Assembly (NCBI GenBank): GCA_964570875.1
Contig: CAZMZE010000012.1
Location: forward strand, 73,948 to 137,947
Direction of reading: 5' to 3'
Source of the DNA: an uncultured Dehalococcoidia bacterium
GTDB taxonomy: Bacteria > Chloroflexota > Dehalococcoidia > Lucifugimonadales > CATQGZ01
Length of the DNA stretch: 64,000 bases
In this document: positions 27,431 through 36,497 of the stretch, piece after piece
Position numbering within the stretch: position 1 is the stretch's first letter
Layout of the letters: each line of letters starts with the position of its first letter
Position numbers and translations under genes: made by a program
Notes under the pieces: model-generated
Databases searched by the model: none
What the model was told of the DNA's origin: nothing
The model's input: only the letters and a program-made list of their open reading frames with translations

Positions 27431-29302
27431 TCATTTCAATAACCACCAAAATAAAATAATTAGTGATATTCCTACGGCCATAACAGCTCCATAGTTATAG
27501 ACCTTACCGGTTTGCAGGTATCTCGCTCTTACCGCTGATATCATGACAAAAGCAGCTGGTTGGTCAACGCCAGTATCATTTATAACCATACGGTCAAATT
27601 GGGATATTGATTTACTTGCAGCCAGTACAATAGTGTTTACCATCCATTGATAAAGTCGGTCCAAGTAATAAGTATTCAAGATAATTCGGTATACAAAATT
27701 AAATCGCCCAGCAATTACTTGGTGTCTTGACCCTTCATTGCCATAAATGATCCAACTTGCAACTAGTCCAGAGAAGACGATTCCCAAAGTGGTACTAGCA
27801 AGTACGATATCAAAATGGAATTTATGTTCTCCAGTCAGAAAATATACGAATCCGTTATACGAATCGCCCCAAGGCAGAGCAATTACTGTTACGCAGACAA
27901 CCATTATTGCTAGGGAAACCAAAGGCATGGTCATTGTTAATGGGGATTCATGTATGTCTGCCTGCCTTGTCCGGAGTTTACCGAAGAACACAACCAATGA
28001 CAGTCTTCCCATGTATATCGAACTGATCAATACTCCGACAAGTGTTGTTGCAAGAAGCAAAGGCCCTCTTTTATCGGCCACAGCAATCAATATCTCATCC
28101 TTGCTGAAGAATCCAGAAAGCGGAGCTATTCCAGCCAGTGAAGCTGCTCCAATAAGGAAGGAGATTGTTGTAATAGGCATGGCCTTTCTTAACCCGCCCA
28201 TCTTCCATATGGAGGTTTCGCCATTCAGGCTGTGCATAATACTACCTGCTCCTAGAAACAAGAGCGCTTTGGATAAACCGTGTGCAACAAGATGTAATAT
28301 TGCTGCTCCAGCTCCAAATGAACCGAGCGAAAGCATCATTAATCCCAAATGGCTGATAGTTGAATATGCCAGTATGCGTTTTATGTCAGTCGCTACCAAT
28401 GCAAGAGTGCTCCCCAGCAAGAAAGTTATAGTTCCGACGGATGTTATGATCATCATTACGTACATTGCGCCTTCGAATACAGGAAGAACTCTCGCTACCA
28501 GATAAATTCCCGCGGCTACCATTGTTGCTGCATGTATCAAGGCACTGACAGGTGTTGGCCCTTCCATGGCGTCAGGTAACCAGACATGTAGTGGAAATTG
28601 AGCTGATTTTCCCATCGCCCCTATAAATATGAGCAACGAAGCGGTTGTGAGCAGGGTGTTGTTGACGCCCCCCTGTTCTACAACATGGATGATTGTCGAA
28701 ATTTCGAAATGGCCTGTAGCATTAAATAGGATTATTATTCCAATGAGTAGGGCAACGTCTCCAATACGAGTAGTAATAAAAGCCTTTTTGGCCGCTTCAG
28801 CTGCCGGCTTCCGATCAAACCAAAATCCTATCAGTAGGTATGAACAAAGACCTACAAGCTCCCACGCAAAATATAGGAAAAGTAAGTTGTCAGCCAGGAC
28901 TAATGCGGTCATTGTGGCTGCAAACAGTCCATGCAAGGCGAAATACCAGCTATACCGAGGCTCTCCCTTCATGTAGCCGACTGAATATATCTGGACCAGC
29001 AAAGAAACTAACGTAATTAAGCCGAGCATTGTCACAGATAAGAGGTCTACGGTGATACCTATACTAATTATGGTGTCCCCGACAGAAAACCAAGTGATCT
29101 TGGCGGCGGATGCTCCCGTATCTATCACATCTGTCAGAATTGGCCAGAATAAGACAAGCCCTAGGCCAATAGCAAAGATTGAAATAATAGCGCCACGGTC
29201 AGGCAGAAAACGGCCAAAGACCAATATGATGAGGAAAGCAGATGCACTGATTGCCGGAATGAACCAAGCCGATTCAGCACCTAGGAACTCAGTGAATGAC
29301 AT
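27431..29302 (-). CDS. nuoL: NADH-quinone oxidoreductase subunit L
   Basis: 623 aa. HVWLPDAMEGPTPVSALIHAATMV motif and a long C-terminal amphipathic/TM extension typical of NuoL/ND5. Confidence 0.9.
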   Translation of the reverse strand: MSFTEFLGAESAWFIPAISASAFLIILVFGRFLPDRGAIISIFAIGLGLVLFWPILTDVIDTGASAAKITWFSVGDTIISIGITVDLLSVTMLGLITLVSLLVQIYSVGYMKGEPRYSWYFALHGLFAATMTALVLADNLLFLYFAWELVGLCSYLLIGFWFDRKPAAEAAKKAFITTRIGDVALLIGIIILFNATGHFEISTIIHVVEQGGVNNTLLTTASLLIFIGAMGKSAQFPLHVWLPDAMEGPTPVSALIHAATMVAAGIYLVARVLPVFEGAMYVMMIITSVGTITFLLGSTLALVATDIKRILAYSTISHLGLMMLSLGSFGAGAAILHLVAHGLSKALLFLGAGSIMHSLNGETSIWKMGGLRKAMPITTISFLIGAASLAGIAPLSGFFSKDEILIAVADKRGPLLLATTLVGVLISSIYMGRLSLVVFFGKLRTRQADIHESPLTMTMPLVSLAIMVVCVTVIALPWGDSYNGFVYFLTGEHKFHFDIVLASTTLGIVFSGLVASWIIYGNEGSRHQVIAGRFNFVYRIILNTYYLDRLYQWMVNTIVLAASKSISQFDRMVINDTGVDQPAAFVMISAVRARYLQTGKVYNYGAVMAVGISLIILFWWLLK

Positions 29303-29380
29303 CTATTTTGCCCATGTTTCTTCTTTGTGATCATCTTCATTAGTCACTTGTTTGCAATGCTCTCCCAATTAGTTTGATGT

Positions 29381-29698
29381 CTACCACTTCATACTAGATA
29401 TTTTGTCAACGTCAACAGATTTTAAATTTCTGTACAAACGAAGAATAATTGCTACCGCCAGAGCCAATTCCGCTGCTGCTATTGTGACCACAAAAATCAC
29501 CAATACTTGTCCCAACGCCCTATGTGGAGCAGAGGATTCCGCTAAAGCTGAGTATCCTATCAAGTTGATGTTGACGGCATTTAACATCAGCTCGATGGAC
29601 ATCAATATGAGGAGGGCACTCTTTCGAGCTAAAACACCGTACAGCCCCAAACAGAACAACGCTGCACTAAGTATTTGAAAATGAGCCAGTTCTATCAA
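29381..29698 (-). CDS. nuoK: NADH-quinone oxidoreductase subunit K
   Basis: 105-aa, 3-TM protein between nuoJ and nuoL. 4-nt overlap with nuoJ. Confidence 0.85.
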   Translation of the reverse strand: MIELAHFQILSAALFCLGLYGVLARKSALLILMSIELMLNAVNINLIGYSALAESSAPHRALGQVLVIFVVTIAAAELALAVAIILRLYRNLKSVDVDKISSMKW

Positions 29699-30195
29699 TT
29701 GCGTTCACCATTAACCCTGACCAGTATGACTGCTCCTATCAGAGCTACAAGTAACACAAGGGATGCTACTTCGAAAGGTATCGCCCATTCTGTAAAGAGG
29801 ATATTGCCTAATTCTTTAAATTCCACGCTAGTTCTCTCAGATTCTGTCCTAACTTGCGTTGCCACTATGGACGCAACCATTACGAAGAACAGCAATCCTG
29901 CTACTCCAGCTCCAATAGGCCATTGGGGATGGTCTGAAAGTTGAGAAAAATCTTCTATACGCGTCAACATCAAGGCAAATAAAATCACTATTATTACGGC
30001 GCCGCCATATATGAGTATCTGTACAAGTGCCAAAAATTCTGCAAACGCCAGAAGGAAAATGCCAGACACTCCCATCAATGAAATTAGCAAGGCCAGGGCG
30101 GCGTACACTATATTGCGAGCCATGACCACTCCCAGTCCACCTCCTAGTGTCAGGGTGGCGGCGGCGTAGAAAAGTATTATACTCGGCGCAAGCAT
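29695..30195 (-). CDS. nuoJ: NADH-quinone oxidoreductase subunit J
   Basis: 166-aa, 5-TM protein in the conserved nuoI-J-K position. Confidence 0.85.
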   Translation of the reverse strand: MLAPSIILFYAAATLTLGGGLGVVMARNIVYAALALLISLMGVSGIFLLAFAEFLALVQILIYGGAVIIVILFALMLTRIEDFSQLSDHPQWPIGAGVAGLLFFVMVASIVATQVRTESERTSVEFKELGNILFTEWAIPFEVASLVLLVALIGAVILVRVNGERN

Positions 30196-30743
30196 TAACC
30201 AACACCATTCTTATCAGAGTCAGGTAGCTCAAATTTTATGAATGTTTTGTCTTTGGGTAAGCCGCTATTTTTATCAGGTTGGGATGGAACCCAGTTTGTT
30301 TCAATTTGGAAATCTTTGCCCATGTTGAGAAGATCTGCCAAATCAACCCTGTTCCCATTCCGTTGATAATTACCGAGTTCATGTTCGTGACTCATGACTA
30401 TGGCATCAAAGTTACACACATCAACACATATTCCGCATAGTATGCATCTACTGAGGTTAATTTCGAATTGATCAACGATCTTTTTTCGTCTGCTTTCACC
30501 GGTAGCGTTTAGGGGGTTGTCTTGCATAGTTGCGCTCATGCATTGTGTTGGACATTCTCGAATGCATACCATACACCCAGTACAGTAGGGTTCTCTCACC
30601 TCTGAATCGAAAGTCAGGGCTGGGAAACCCATGTACGCCTTGGCTACAGGGATGCGTTTTGACGGATCTGGATATTGGGCAGTAACTGGGCGTCTTAGGG
30701 CTGTTGTGATAGTTACTATGAGGCCTTCGATGAATCCTAGCAT
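30195..30743 (-). CDS. nuoI: NADH-quinone oxidoreductase subunit I (2x[4Fe-4S])
   Basis: 182 aa. Two ferredoxin motifs: CTGCMVCIRECP and CILCGICVDVCN. Confidence 0.9.
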   Translation of the reverse strand: MLGFIEGLIVTITTALRRPVTAQYPDPSKRIPVAKAYMGFPALTFDSEVREPYCTGCMVCIRECPTQCMSATMQDNPLNATGESRRKKIVDQFEINLSRCILCGICVDVCNFDAIVMSHEHELGNYQRNGNRVDLADLLNMGKDFQIETNWVPSQPDKNSGLPKDKTFIKFELPDSDKNGVG

Positions 30744-30772
30744 ACTGAATTAAGGGCCTTGATTCTTTGTAT

Positions 30773-30802
30773 TAGCTGTTAAAGTAATAGCTGTTAAATA
30801 AA
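30773..30802. repeat. 15-bp tandem direct repeat in the nuoH-nuoI spacer
   Basis: TAGCTGTTAAAGTAA (30773-30787) is followed immediately by TAGCTGTTAAATAAA (30788-30802), 13/15 identical. A perfect 12-bp palindrome, TTCGATATCGAA, lies at 30851-30862 in the same 155-bp gap. Confidence 0.6.
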
Positions 30803-30898
30803 ATCTGGGTTTTCTGGTAACTTCTCTGATCACTTTAATTTAGATATGTGTTCGATATCGAAACGTTATATTTGGTAAGTAGCCATTCGGATAACATC

Positions 30899-32047
30899 TT
30901 AAGTATGATCAATTTCACTCTCATTAGCAACGGTTGCCCTGAGTTCACTGGCGCTATATAGAGTAACAGACATTTCTGTCCCGTCAGACTTTGAAACATT
31001 GTTTATTAGATAGATAATTCCTGACAATGATGCTAAGGAAAGAACACTAAGGACCCAAAGAGGCCATTCATAAAACAATACGAAACTAGTGAGTATGATG
31101 TTCAGGAACGAAAATGGGACAAGAATTTTCCATCCAAAAGCCATGAGTTGATCTATGCGTAACCGTGGATAAGTTCCTCTGATCCAAAAAATTACCAGTA
31201 CTACCAAGTATGTTTTGAAGAGAAACCAGCCGAGTGACACAAAATCGTGTAGTGTTCCTTCAAATGGCATATCTGGCCACCGCCACCCACCCAGAAATAA
31301 TAATACAGTTAGAGCTGCAATAGTAAATGTATTCATGTATTCTGCTAAATAGAAAACTGCCCAGTGCGCTCCACTGTATTCAACAAATGGTCCTCCCACC
31401 ACCTCCGATTCAGCGTGATGAATATCGAAGGGAGTTCTACCTAATTCTGCAAGGCCTGCTGTAAAGAATATGAACAACCCCAATGGCTGAACTAAGAAAT
31501 TGGACACCATATGCTGTTGATCAACAATTTTCCTGAGATCGAGGGACTGGGCTAGAATTCCGATGGCCAGTATTGACATTATGAGCGGAATTTCATAGCT
31601 GATTAGTTGGCCTGTTGCCCTAAGGCCTCCCAGTATGGCGTATTTGTTTGCTGAGCCCCAGCCAGCCATTACTAAACCCATTACGGAAAGTACAGATATT
31701 GCGACGATATAGAATAGACCCATTTCCATATTACGTAGAACAATTTCTTGGGACATTGGTATGGTTACCCATATCAAAAGTATTGGAACAAACACAATAA
31801 TGGGCGCTGCCCAGTAAATTTTTTTGTCCGCCCAAGACGGGAGGATATCTTCCTTAAGAATTAACTTTACAGCATCCGCTAGTGGCTGGAGCATTCCATG
31901 AAATCCTACGTGCATAGGACCCAATCGCATTTGAATCCTCGCGAGTGTTTTTCGCTCCATCCAGGTTAGGATCAGGACCGTGATTGACAGAAATGAGAAA
32001 AGTGCCAGGGTTAACATGGTGTACTTGAAGAATTCTGGTGAATTCAT
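30899..32047 (-). CDS. nuoH: NADH-quinone oxidoreductase subunit H
   Basis: 382-aa, 8-TM ND1-like protein with GRTPFDIHHAESEVVGG. 4-nt overlap with nuoD. Confidence 0.9.
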   Translation of the reverse strand: MNSPEFFKYTMLTLALFSFLSITVLILTWMERKTLARIQMRLGPMHVGFHGMLQPLADAVKLILKEDILPSWADKKIYWAAPIIVFVPILLIWVTIPMSQEIVLRNMEMGLFYIVAISVLSVMGLVMAGWGSANKYAILGGLRATGQLISYEIPLIMSILAIGILAQSLDLRKIVDQQHMVSNFLVQPLGLFIFFTAGLAELGRTPFDIHHAESEVVGGPFVEYSGAHWAVFYLAEYMNTFTIAALTVLLFLGGWRWPDMPFEGTLHDFVSLGWFLFKTYLVVLVIFWIRGTYPRLRIDQLMAFGWKILVPFSFLNIILTSFVLFYEWPLWVLSVLSLASLSGIIYLINNVSKSDGTEMSVTLYSASELRATVANESEIDHT

Positions 32048-33168
32048 CTATCCACCTCTCCCAAAATTATATCAATTGATCCAAGAATAACCACTGCGTC
32101 TGCAACATAAGAATTTCTTAGTAAATGCTGCAGTGCTTGGAGATTTGCAAATGATGGTGCGCGGACCTTTACCCGATAAGGTTTTGGGCTTCCATCGCTT
32201 ACTAAATAGACTCCGAAGTCACCGCGGGGTGATTCCGTTCGCAAATACACATCTCCCGCTGGTGGACGAGCAATACGACGGACCTTGGCAGATACAGGTC
32301 CTGATTCCATTTGTTGAATACATTGGGTGATAATTTTTAGAGATTGCCTCATCTCCTCAACTCTGACGTAATAGCGGTCCCAGCAGTCGCCATTTGAACC
32401 AACGGGAATGGAAAAATCGAACCTGTCATATATTGAATATGGATCAGATATGCGGATATCTTCGATAACGCCAGCCGCTCTGAGTGATGGCCCAGTCAAG
32501 CCTAAGTCTATTGAAGTTTTAGGGTCTATGGTGCCAACGCCTTTTGTACGAGCGAGGAACATTTCGTTATTTGTAAGCAGGCTATCACACTCGTCGATCC
32601 CCCTCTCAAGCTCGTCAGTTATAGTAGATATTTGCTTTGAAAAATTATCCGGCAGGTCTTGTTTCACTCCTCCAATTCGTATGAAATTGTGCATCATTCG
32701 AGCTCCTGTTACGCTTTCGAAAAGGGACTGTATCCTCTCTCTTTCCCTAAAACCGTACAAAACAGGAGTGATAGCCCCTATGTCCAAACCGTAAACGCCA
32801 TAGAACAGCATGTGGCTAGCTATCCTGTTTAACTCACACAGTATAATTCTGATGTAGCTGGCCCTGTCTGGAATTTCTAGTTCCATCAGTTTTTCTACCG
32901 CTAGGCAGAAAGCGAGTTCACAATTTAGATTAGCTACGTAGTCTAGACGATCAAACAGAGTAATTATTTGGCTGTATGTTTCATCTTCACACAGTTTTTC
33001 AGACCCTCTGTGTAGATATCCGATGTGAGGTTCGGCTCGTGTAATACGTTCCCCGTCTACCCAGATTACTAACCGAAATACGCCATGCGTGCTGGGATGT
33101 TGAGGCCCCATATTTATCATTAGGTCAATTGTGTCGCCAGTGTTTTCTGTCAGTTCAGATATATTCAT
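32044..33168 (-). CDS. nuoD: NADH-quinone oxidoreductase subunit D
   Basis: 374 aa. MINMGPQHPSTHGVFRL start and C-terminal LGSIDIILGEVDR. Confidence 0.9.
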   Translation of the reverse strand: MNISELTENTGDTIDLMINMGPQHPSTHGVFRLVIWVDGERITRAEPHIGYLHRGSEKLCEDETYSQIITLFDRLDYVANLNCELAFCLAVEKLMELEIPDRASYIRIILCELNRIASHMLFYGVYGLDIGAITPVLYGFRERERIQSLFESVTGARMMHNFIRIGGVKQDLPDNFSKQISTITDELERGIDECDSLLTNNEMFLARTKGVGTIDPKTSIDLGLTGPSLRAAGVIEDIRISDPYSIYDRFDFSIPVGSNGDCWDRYYVRVEEMRQSLKIITQCIQQMESGPVSAKVRRIARPPAGDVYLRTESPRGDFGVYLVSDGSPKPYRVKVRAPSFANLQALQHLLRNSYVADAVVILGSIDIILGEVDR

Positions 33169-33186
33169 CTTTATTGGGTGAAAACC

Positions 33187-33684
33187 CTACCATTCGTTGT
33201 ACTCGTGGAACGGGAAACTTTTTAATCCGGGATGTCCTTCAAAACCTTCGTATAGTAACAACGGTAAAAGCGATGGGTGATTTTCGAATTCAACACCGTA
33301 CAAATCATGAGCCTCCCTTTCAAACCAGTTTGAACCTGGCCAAACAGATACTACAGATGAAATTGTTGGATATTCGGGAGTTAAAGAAGTTTTCAGGATC
33401 AGCTTATGTCGTTTTTCAAGCGAGGAAAGATGATAAACGATTTCTATTCGGTCTTTGTAGTCAACTGCAGAAAGACAACGAAGATAGTCGCAATCCAACC
33501 TTGAATCAAATTTGATAATCTTGGCTATTGGAACAATATTTTCATGATTGAATTTCACTACGGTCTCATCCATACAATCTTCAATTTCAACATCGAATTC
33601 TGCTAGAAGTTCAGCGACTAAATTGGAAAGAGGGCTTTTTGAATCATGCATCGAGCCGTCCTCCCCTTGTGGGATCATGCTCAT
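33187..33684 (-). CDS. nuoC: NADH-quinone oxidoreductase subunit C
   Basis: 165 aa. [18 protein letters not shown] motif. Confidence 0.9.
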   Translation of the reverse strand: MSMIPQGEDGSMHDSKSPLSNLVAELLAEFDVEIEDCMDETVVKFNHENIVPIAKIIKFDSRLDCDYLRCLSAVDYKDRIEIVYHLSSLEKRHKLILKTSLTPEYPTISSVVSVWPGSNWFEREAHDLYGVEFENHPSLLPLLLYEGFEGHPGLKSFPFHEYNEW

Positions 33685-34226
33685 TTATCTGAGGGTCCCC
33701 CAATAGCTTTAGCGTCACTTGAAATTTTTTTCTGAAGCTGAAGAATGCCATACATGAGTGCCTCTGGTCTGGGTGGGCACCCGGGCACATACACGTCCAC
33801 CGGTATTATGTGATCTACACCCATGACAACCGAATATGATTTGTAGTAAGGTCCTCCATTAGTTGCGCAACTTCCCATGGCGATAACCCACTTAGGGTCA
33901 GGCATTTGTTCGTACAAGAGTTTTATTGGATCAGCCATTTTCTTGACCACTGTACCTGCAACGATCATGACATCAGCTTGGCGGGGTGATGGCCAAGTTA
34001 CAATTCCAAAACGGTCTAAGTCATGATGAGACATGTGTGTGCTTATCATTTCAATGGCGCAACACGCTAGTCCGAATGAGAGGGTCCAGAGGGAAGATTT
34101 ACGGCTAAGTGCAAAGAGTTCTGATGACTTAGCAACTAAGGCGTTTGGCAAGACCTGGTCAAAAATACTGTTTGCGGGGATATTCCCATGGGACTGCTCT
34201 TCTTCTGGAGGATTGACTATTTCCAT
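33681..34226 (-). CDS. nuoB: NADH-quinone oxidoreductase subunit B
   Basis: 181 aa. N2-cluster cysteines in [19 protein letters not shown] and VPGCPPRPE. Confidence 0.9.
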   Translation of the reverse strand: MEIVNPPEEEQSHGNIPANSIFDQVLPNALVAKSSELFALSRKSSLWTLSFGLACCAIEMISTHMSHHDLDRFGIVTWPSPRQADVMIVAGTVVKKMADPIKLLYEQMPDPKWVIAMGSCATNGGPYYKSYSVVMGVDHIIPVDVYVPGCPPRPEALMYGILQLQKKISSDAKAIGGPSDK

Positions 34227-34585
34227 TGTAATACCCCCAGTTTCCAGCTATATATGATCCCGAAAAATAGAATTCCGATGAATACCAACATTTCGTAGAA
34301 AACTATTGGTGTAGACTTTATGAATACCAGAGCCCAGGGAAACAAAAATACAGCCTCTATATCGAATATCAGAAAAAGAATTGCAAACACGTAATATCGT
34401 ATCTGGATTTGGGACCAGTGATATTTAGATGGAGCTATACCGCACTCGTAAGGAATATCTTTCAATTTGGATGGCCTTCGGGGAGCTATGAAATATGAGA
34501 TAAGAAACATTGCAAATATTGACGTCATTCCCACGGCAGCTGTCATAAGCACAACGGCCCAGTTTATTTCATAAGTTTCTGACAT
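34217..34585 (-). CDS. nuoA: NADH-quinone oxidoreductase subunit A
   Basis: 122-aa, 3-TM protein with the PYECGI motif. RBS GAGGTGA upstream of the ATG. Confidence 0.9.
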   Translation of the reverse strand: MSETYEINWAVVLMTAAVGMTSIFAMFLISYFIAPRRPSKLKDIPYECGIAPSKYHWSQIQIRYYVFAILFLIFDIEAVFLFPWALVFIKSTPIVFYEMLVFIGILFFGIIYSWKLGVLQWK

Positions 34586-34654
34586 ACCATCACCTCAATT
34601 TGGCCTCAGTAAACAAGCGTAGCATTCTCTAAAACGATTGAGCAATCTGATGTA

Positions 34655-34684
34655 ATTATAATGGAATTTGTAATTTGTTGCCTA
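34655..34684 (-). promoter_or_regulatory. weak sigma70-like promoter candidate for the nuo cluster
   Basis: On the minus strand a perfect TATAAT (34660-34655) sits about 70 nt upstream of nuoA. It is preceded at 18 nt by a poor -35, TAGGCA. Only the -10 is convincing. Confidence 0.2.
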
Positions 34685-34711
34685 TGCTCTAAATGTAATT
34701 CCTCTGATGAA

Positions 34712-35719
34712 TCAATCTTGAGACAGCCAGCGGGCCAATTCATCTCTTTCAAATACTGGAAGACTGAGTTCTTTACCAGAAACAATTAGTTGAACCCCAT
34801 CGGTTGCTTCGGTTATTTGCCCAATTTCAAACACAGGAATTTCGTGTTTTGCCATGGATCGTATTAATTCCGGGACTTCGTTTTTGGGTAAAGTTGCCAA
34901 TAGAGCTCCAGACGCTATAAGGCCCAGTGGATTTATTCCGAGTGCATCGCAAAAAGCCTTGCATTCCTGCAGGATCGGTATATTTTCAAGATATACCTTC
35001 AAACCAACACCGGCCGCTGCAGCAATTTCAAGAAGTCCGGTAGCGATACCTCCTTCTGTAGGATCATGCATGGAGTGGATGTTGGCATTACTCTGTGCTA
35101 TCTGGGCATCTTTAACGACACTTATGCCAGGACAAAGTAAAAATCTGGAGGCTTTTTGTATCAAGGTCTTACTGACACCTTTTTCGAGCAACTCATTGGA
35201 GTAATCGTTGGCTAGGATGGATGTACCCTCAATGGCTATACCTTTAGTCAAAATAATCGAATCTCCAGGAGAAGCATTAGAGGTGAGGATTACATTTGTT
35301 TTTGCAACTTCACCGAGCATGCACCCTATTGCTATTGGACGGGGTAAATCGTAGGTGATTTCTGTGTGTCCTCCTATAAGTGTAATTCCAAGGTCAGTAC
35401 AGGCCTCGTGTATTTGTTGAAAAATAGATGAGATCTTTTGTTCAGATGTTCCTTCCGGGAGCAGAAGAGTGCACATAAACCACTTGGGAGTAGCACCCAT
35501 AACAGCGAGGTCGTTAGCATTTATCTGTACGGCATGCCAACCTACCAATTCCGTAGCAAAAGTAATGGGGTCCGTTTTGGCCACTAGATAATGGTCACCC
35601 ATATCTAGTACTGCTGCGTCTTCTCCCGATGCCGGTCCAACTACTACCCTAGGATCCTCGATCGGTATTGTATGCAACAGTTTTGTAAGGAGATCTAATG
35701 GCAATTTTCCTGCTTTCAT
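34712..35719 (-). CDS. AIR-synthase-related (PurM/ThiL/HypE-fold) protein of unknown specificity
   Basis: 335 aa. MKAGKLPLDLL...GEDAAVL...LVAKTDPITF...NDLAVMGATP is characteristic of the PurM-like ATP-binding fold. No HypE C-terminal Cys motif is present. Confidence 0.7.
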   Translation of the reverse strand: MKAGKLPLDLLTKLLHTIPIEDPRVVVGPASGEDAAVLDMGDHYLVAKTDPITFATELVGWHAVQINANDLAVMGATPKWFMCTLLLPEGTSEQKISSIFQQIHEACTDLGITLIGGHTEITYDLPRPIAIGCMLGEVAKTNVILTSNASPGDSIILTKGIAIEGTSILANDYSNELLEKGVSKTLIQKASRFLLCPGISVVKDAQIAQSNANIHSMHDPTEGGIATGLLEIAAAAGVGLKVYLENIPILQECKAFCDALGINPLGLIASGALLATLPKNEVPELIRSMAKHEIPVFEIGQITEATDGVQLIVSGKELSLPVFERDELARWLSQD

Positions 35720-35772
35720 AGCTTCTCCATGTATATTCTCACCACCGTTATGGCTGATATCATATCTTAATA

Positions 35773-36477
35773 ATGATTAAAGCTGTTTTTTTTGATCTAT
35801 ATGGGACATTGGCGGGATTTAAGCCTTCGCGTTATGAAATCCAATCAGAAGCTTGCAACTACTTTGGGATTGAATTGACACCAGAAGGTACTCTTGCGGG
35901 CTACGCATTAGCTGATGAATATATGGCCAAACAAAATTCGCGAATACCCATAAGACTAATGGATGATGGAGAGAAAAACGTTTTTTTTGCGAGGTATGAA
36001 AAGCTAGTAGTAAGTGGATCTGGAATTGAGATTGATGAATCACTATCGTCAGCAATATGGGATCGAGTGTTACAAATTCCGTACGAAATGGCGCTATTCG
36101 ACGATGTCATAACAGGTCTGGCTGCGCTTAAAAAAAGAGGTCTGGTTTTGGGCCTCATATCTAATATGAATAAAGGTAGCCAACAAATACTTAGTAGCTT
36201 CAGTCTCTTAGGGCATTTGGATTTTGCAGTGACTTCATTAGAAGTTGGTGTGGAAAAGCCTCACGAACGAATTTTTCAAGCAGGCTTGGTCAAAGCAAAT
36301 GTTGATCCTTGGCAAGCTATGCATGTTGGCGATCAAATTTTGTCTGATGTTGAAGGTGCAAAGAATGCTGGAATACTTCCCGTTTTGATAGACAGAGATA
36401 ATACCAAAGATTCATTCAAAAAATTCCCAAGGATAGAAAAAATTGATCAAATGTCCGAAGTGATTGAGCTATATTGA
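35773..36477 (+). CDS. HAD-superfamily hydrolase (subfamily IA-like, DxYGT motif I)
   Basis: 234 aa. Motif I FFDLYGTL, motif II LISNMN, motif III K (EKPHERIF), motif IV VGDQILSDVEGA. Confidence 0.8.
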   Translation: MIKAVFFDLYGTLAGFKPSRYEIQSEACNYFGIELTPEGTLAGYALADEYMAKQNSRIPIRLMDDGEKNVFFARYEKLVVSGSGIEIDESLSSAIWDRVLQIPYEMALFDDVITGLAALKKRGLVLGLISNMNKGSQQILSSFSLLGHLDFAVTSLEVGVEKPHERIFQAGLVKANVDPWQAMHVGDQILSDVEGAKNAGILPVLIDRDNTKDSFKKFPRIEKIDQMSEVIELY

Positions 36478-36497
36478 AAGTATTGTTTTGTCTTTAG

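Noticed and set aside
27747-28505. 252-aa plus-strand ORF antisense to nuoL. Similar long antisense ORFs lie at 58897-59565 (222 aa, over ccmB/ccmA), 24835-25284, 25983-26300, 26529-26912, 28629-28976, 32408-32794 and 33129-33515.
   Set aside because: Each lies entirely within a confidently assigned gene on the other strand. The products are low-complexity Ser/Pro/Thr/Ala-rich with no motifs. This is the usual shadow-ORF artefact opposite hydrophobic membrane-protein genes.
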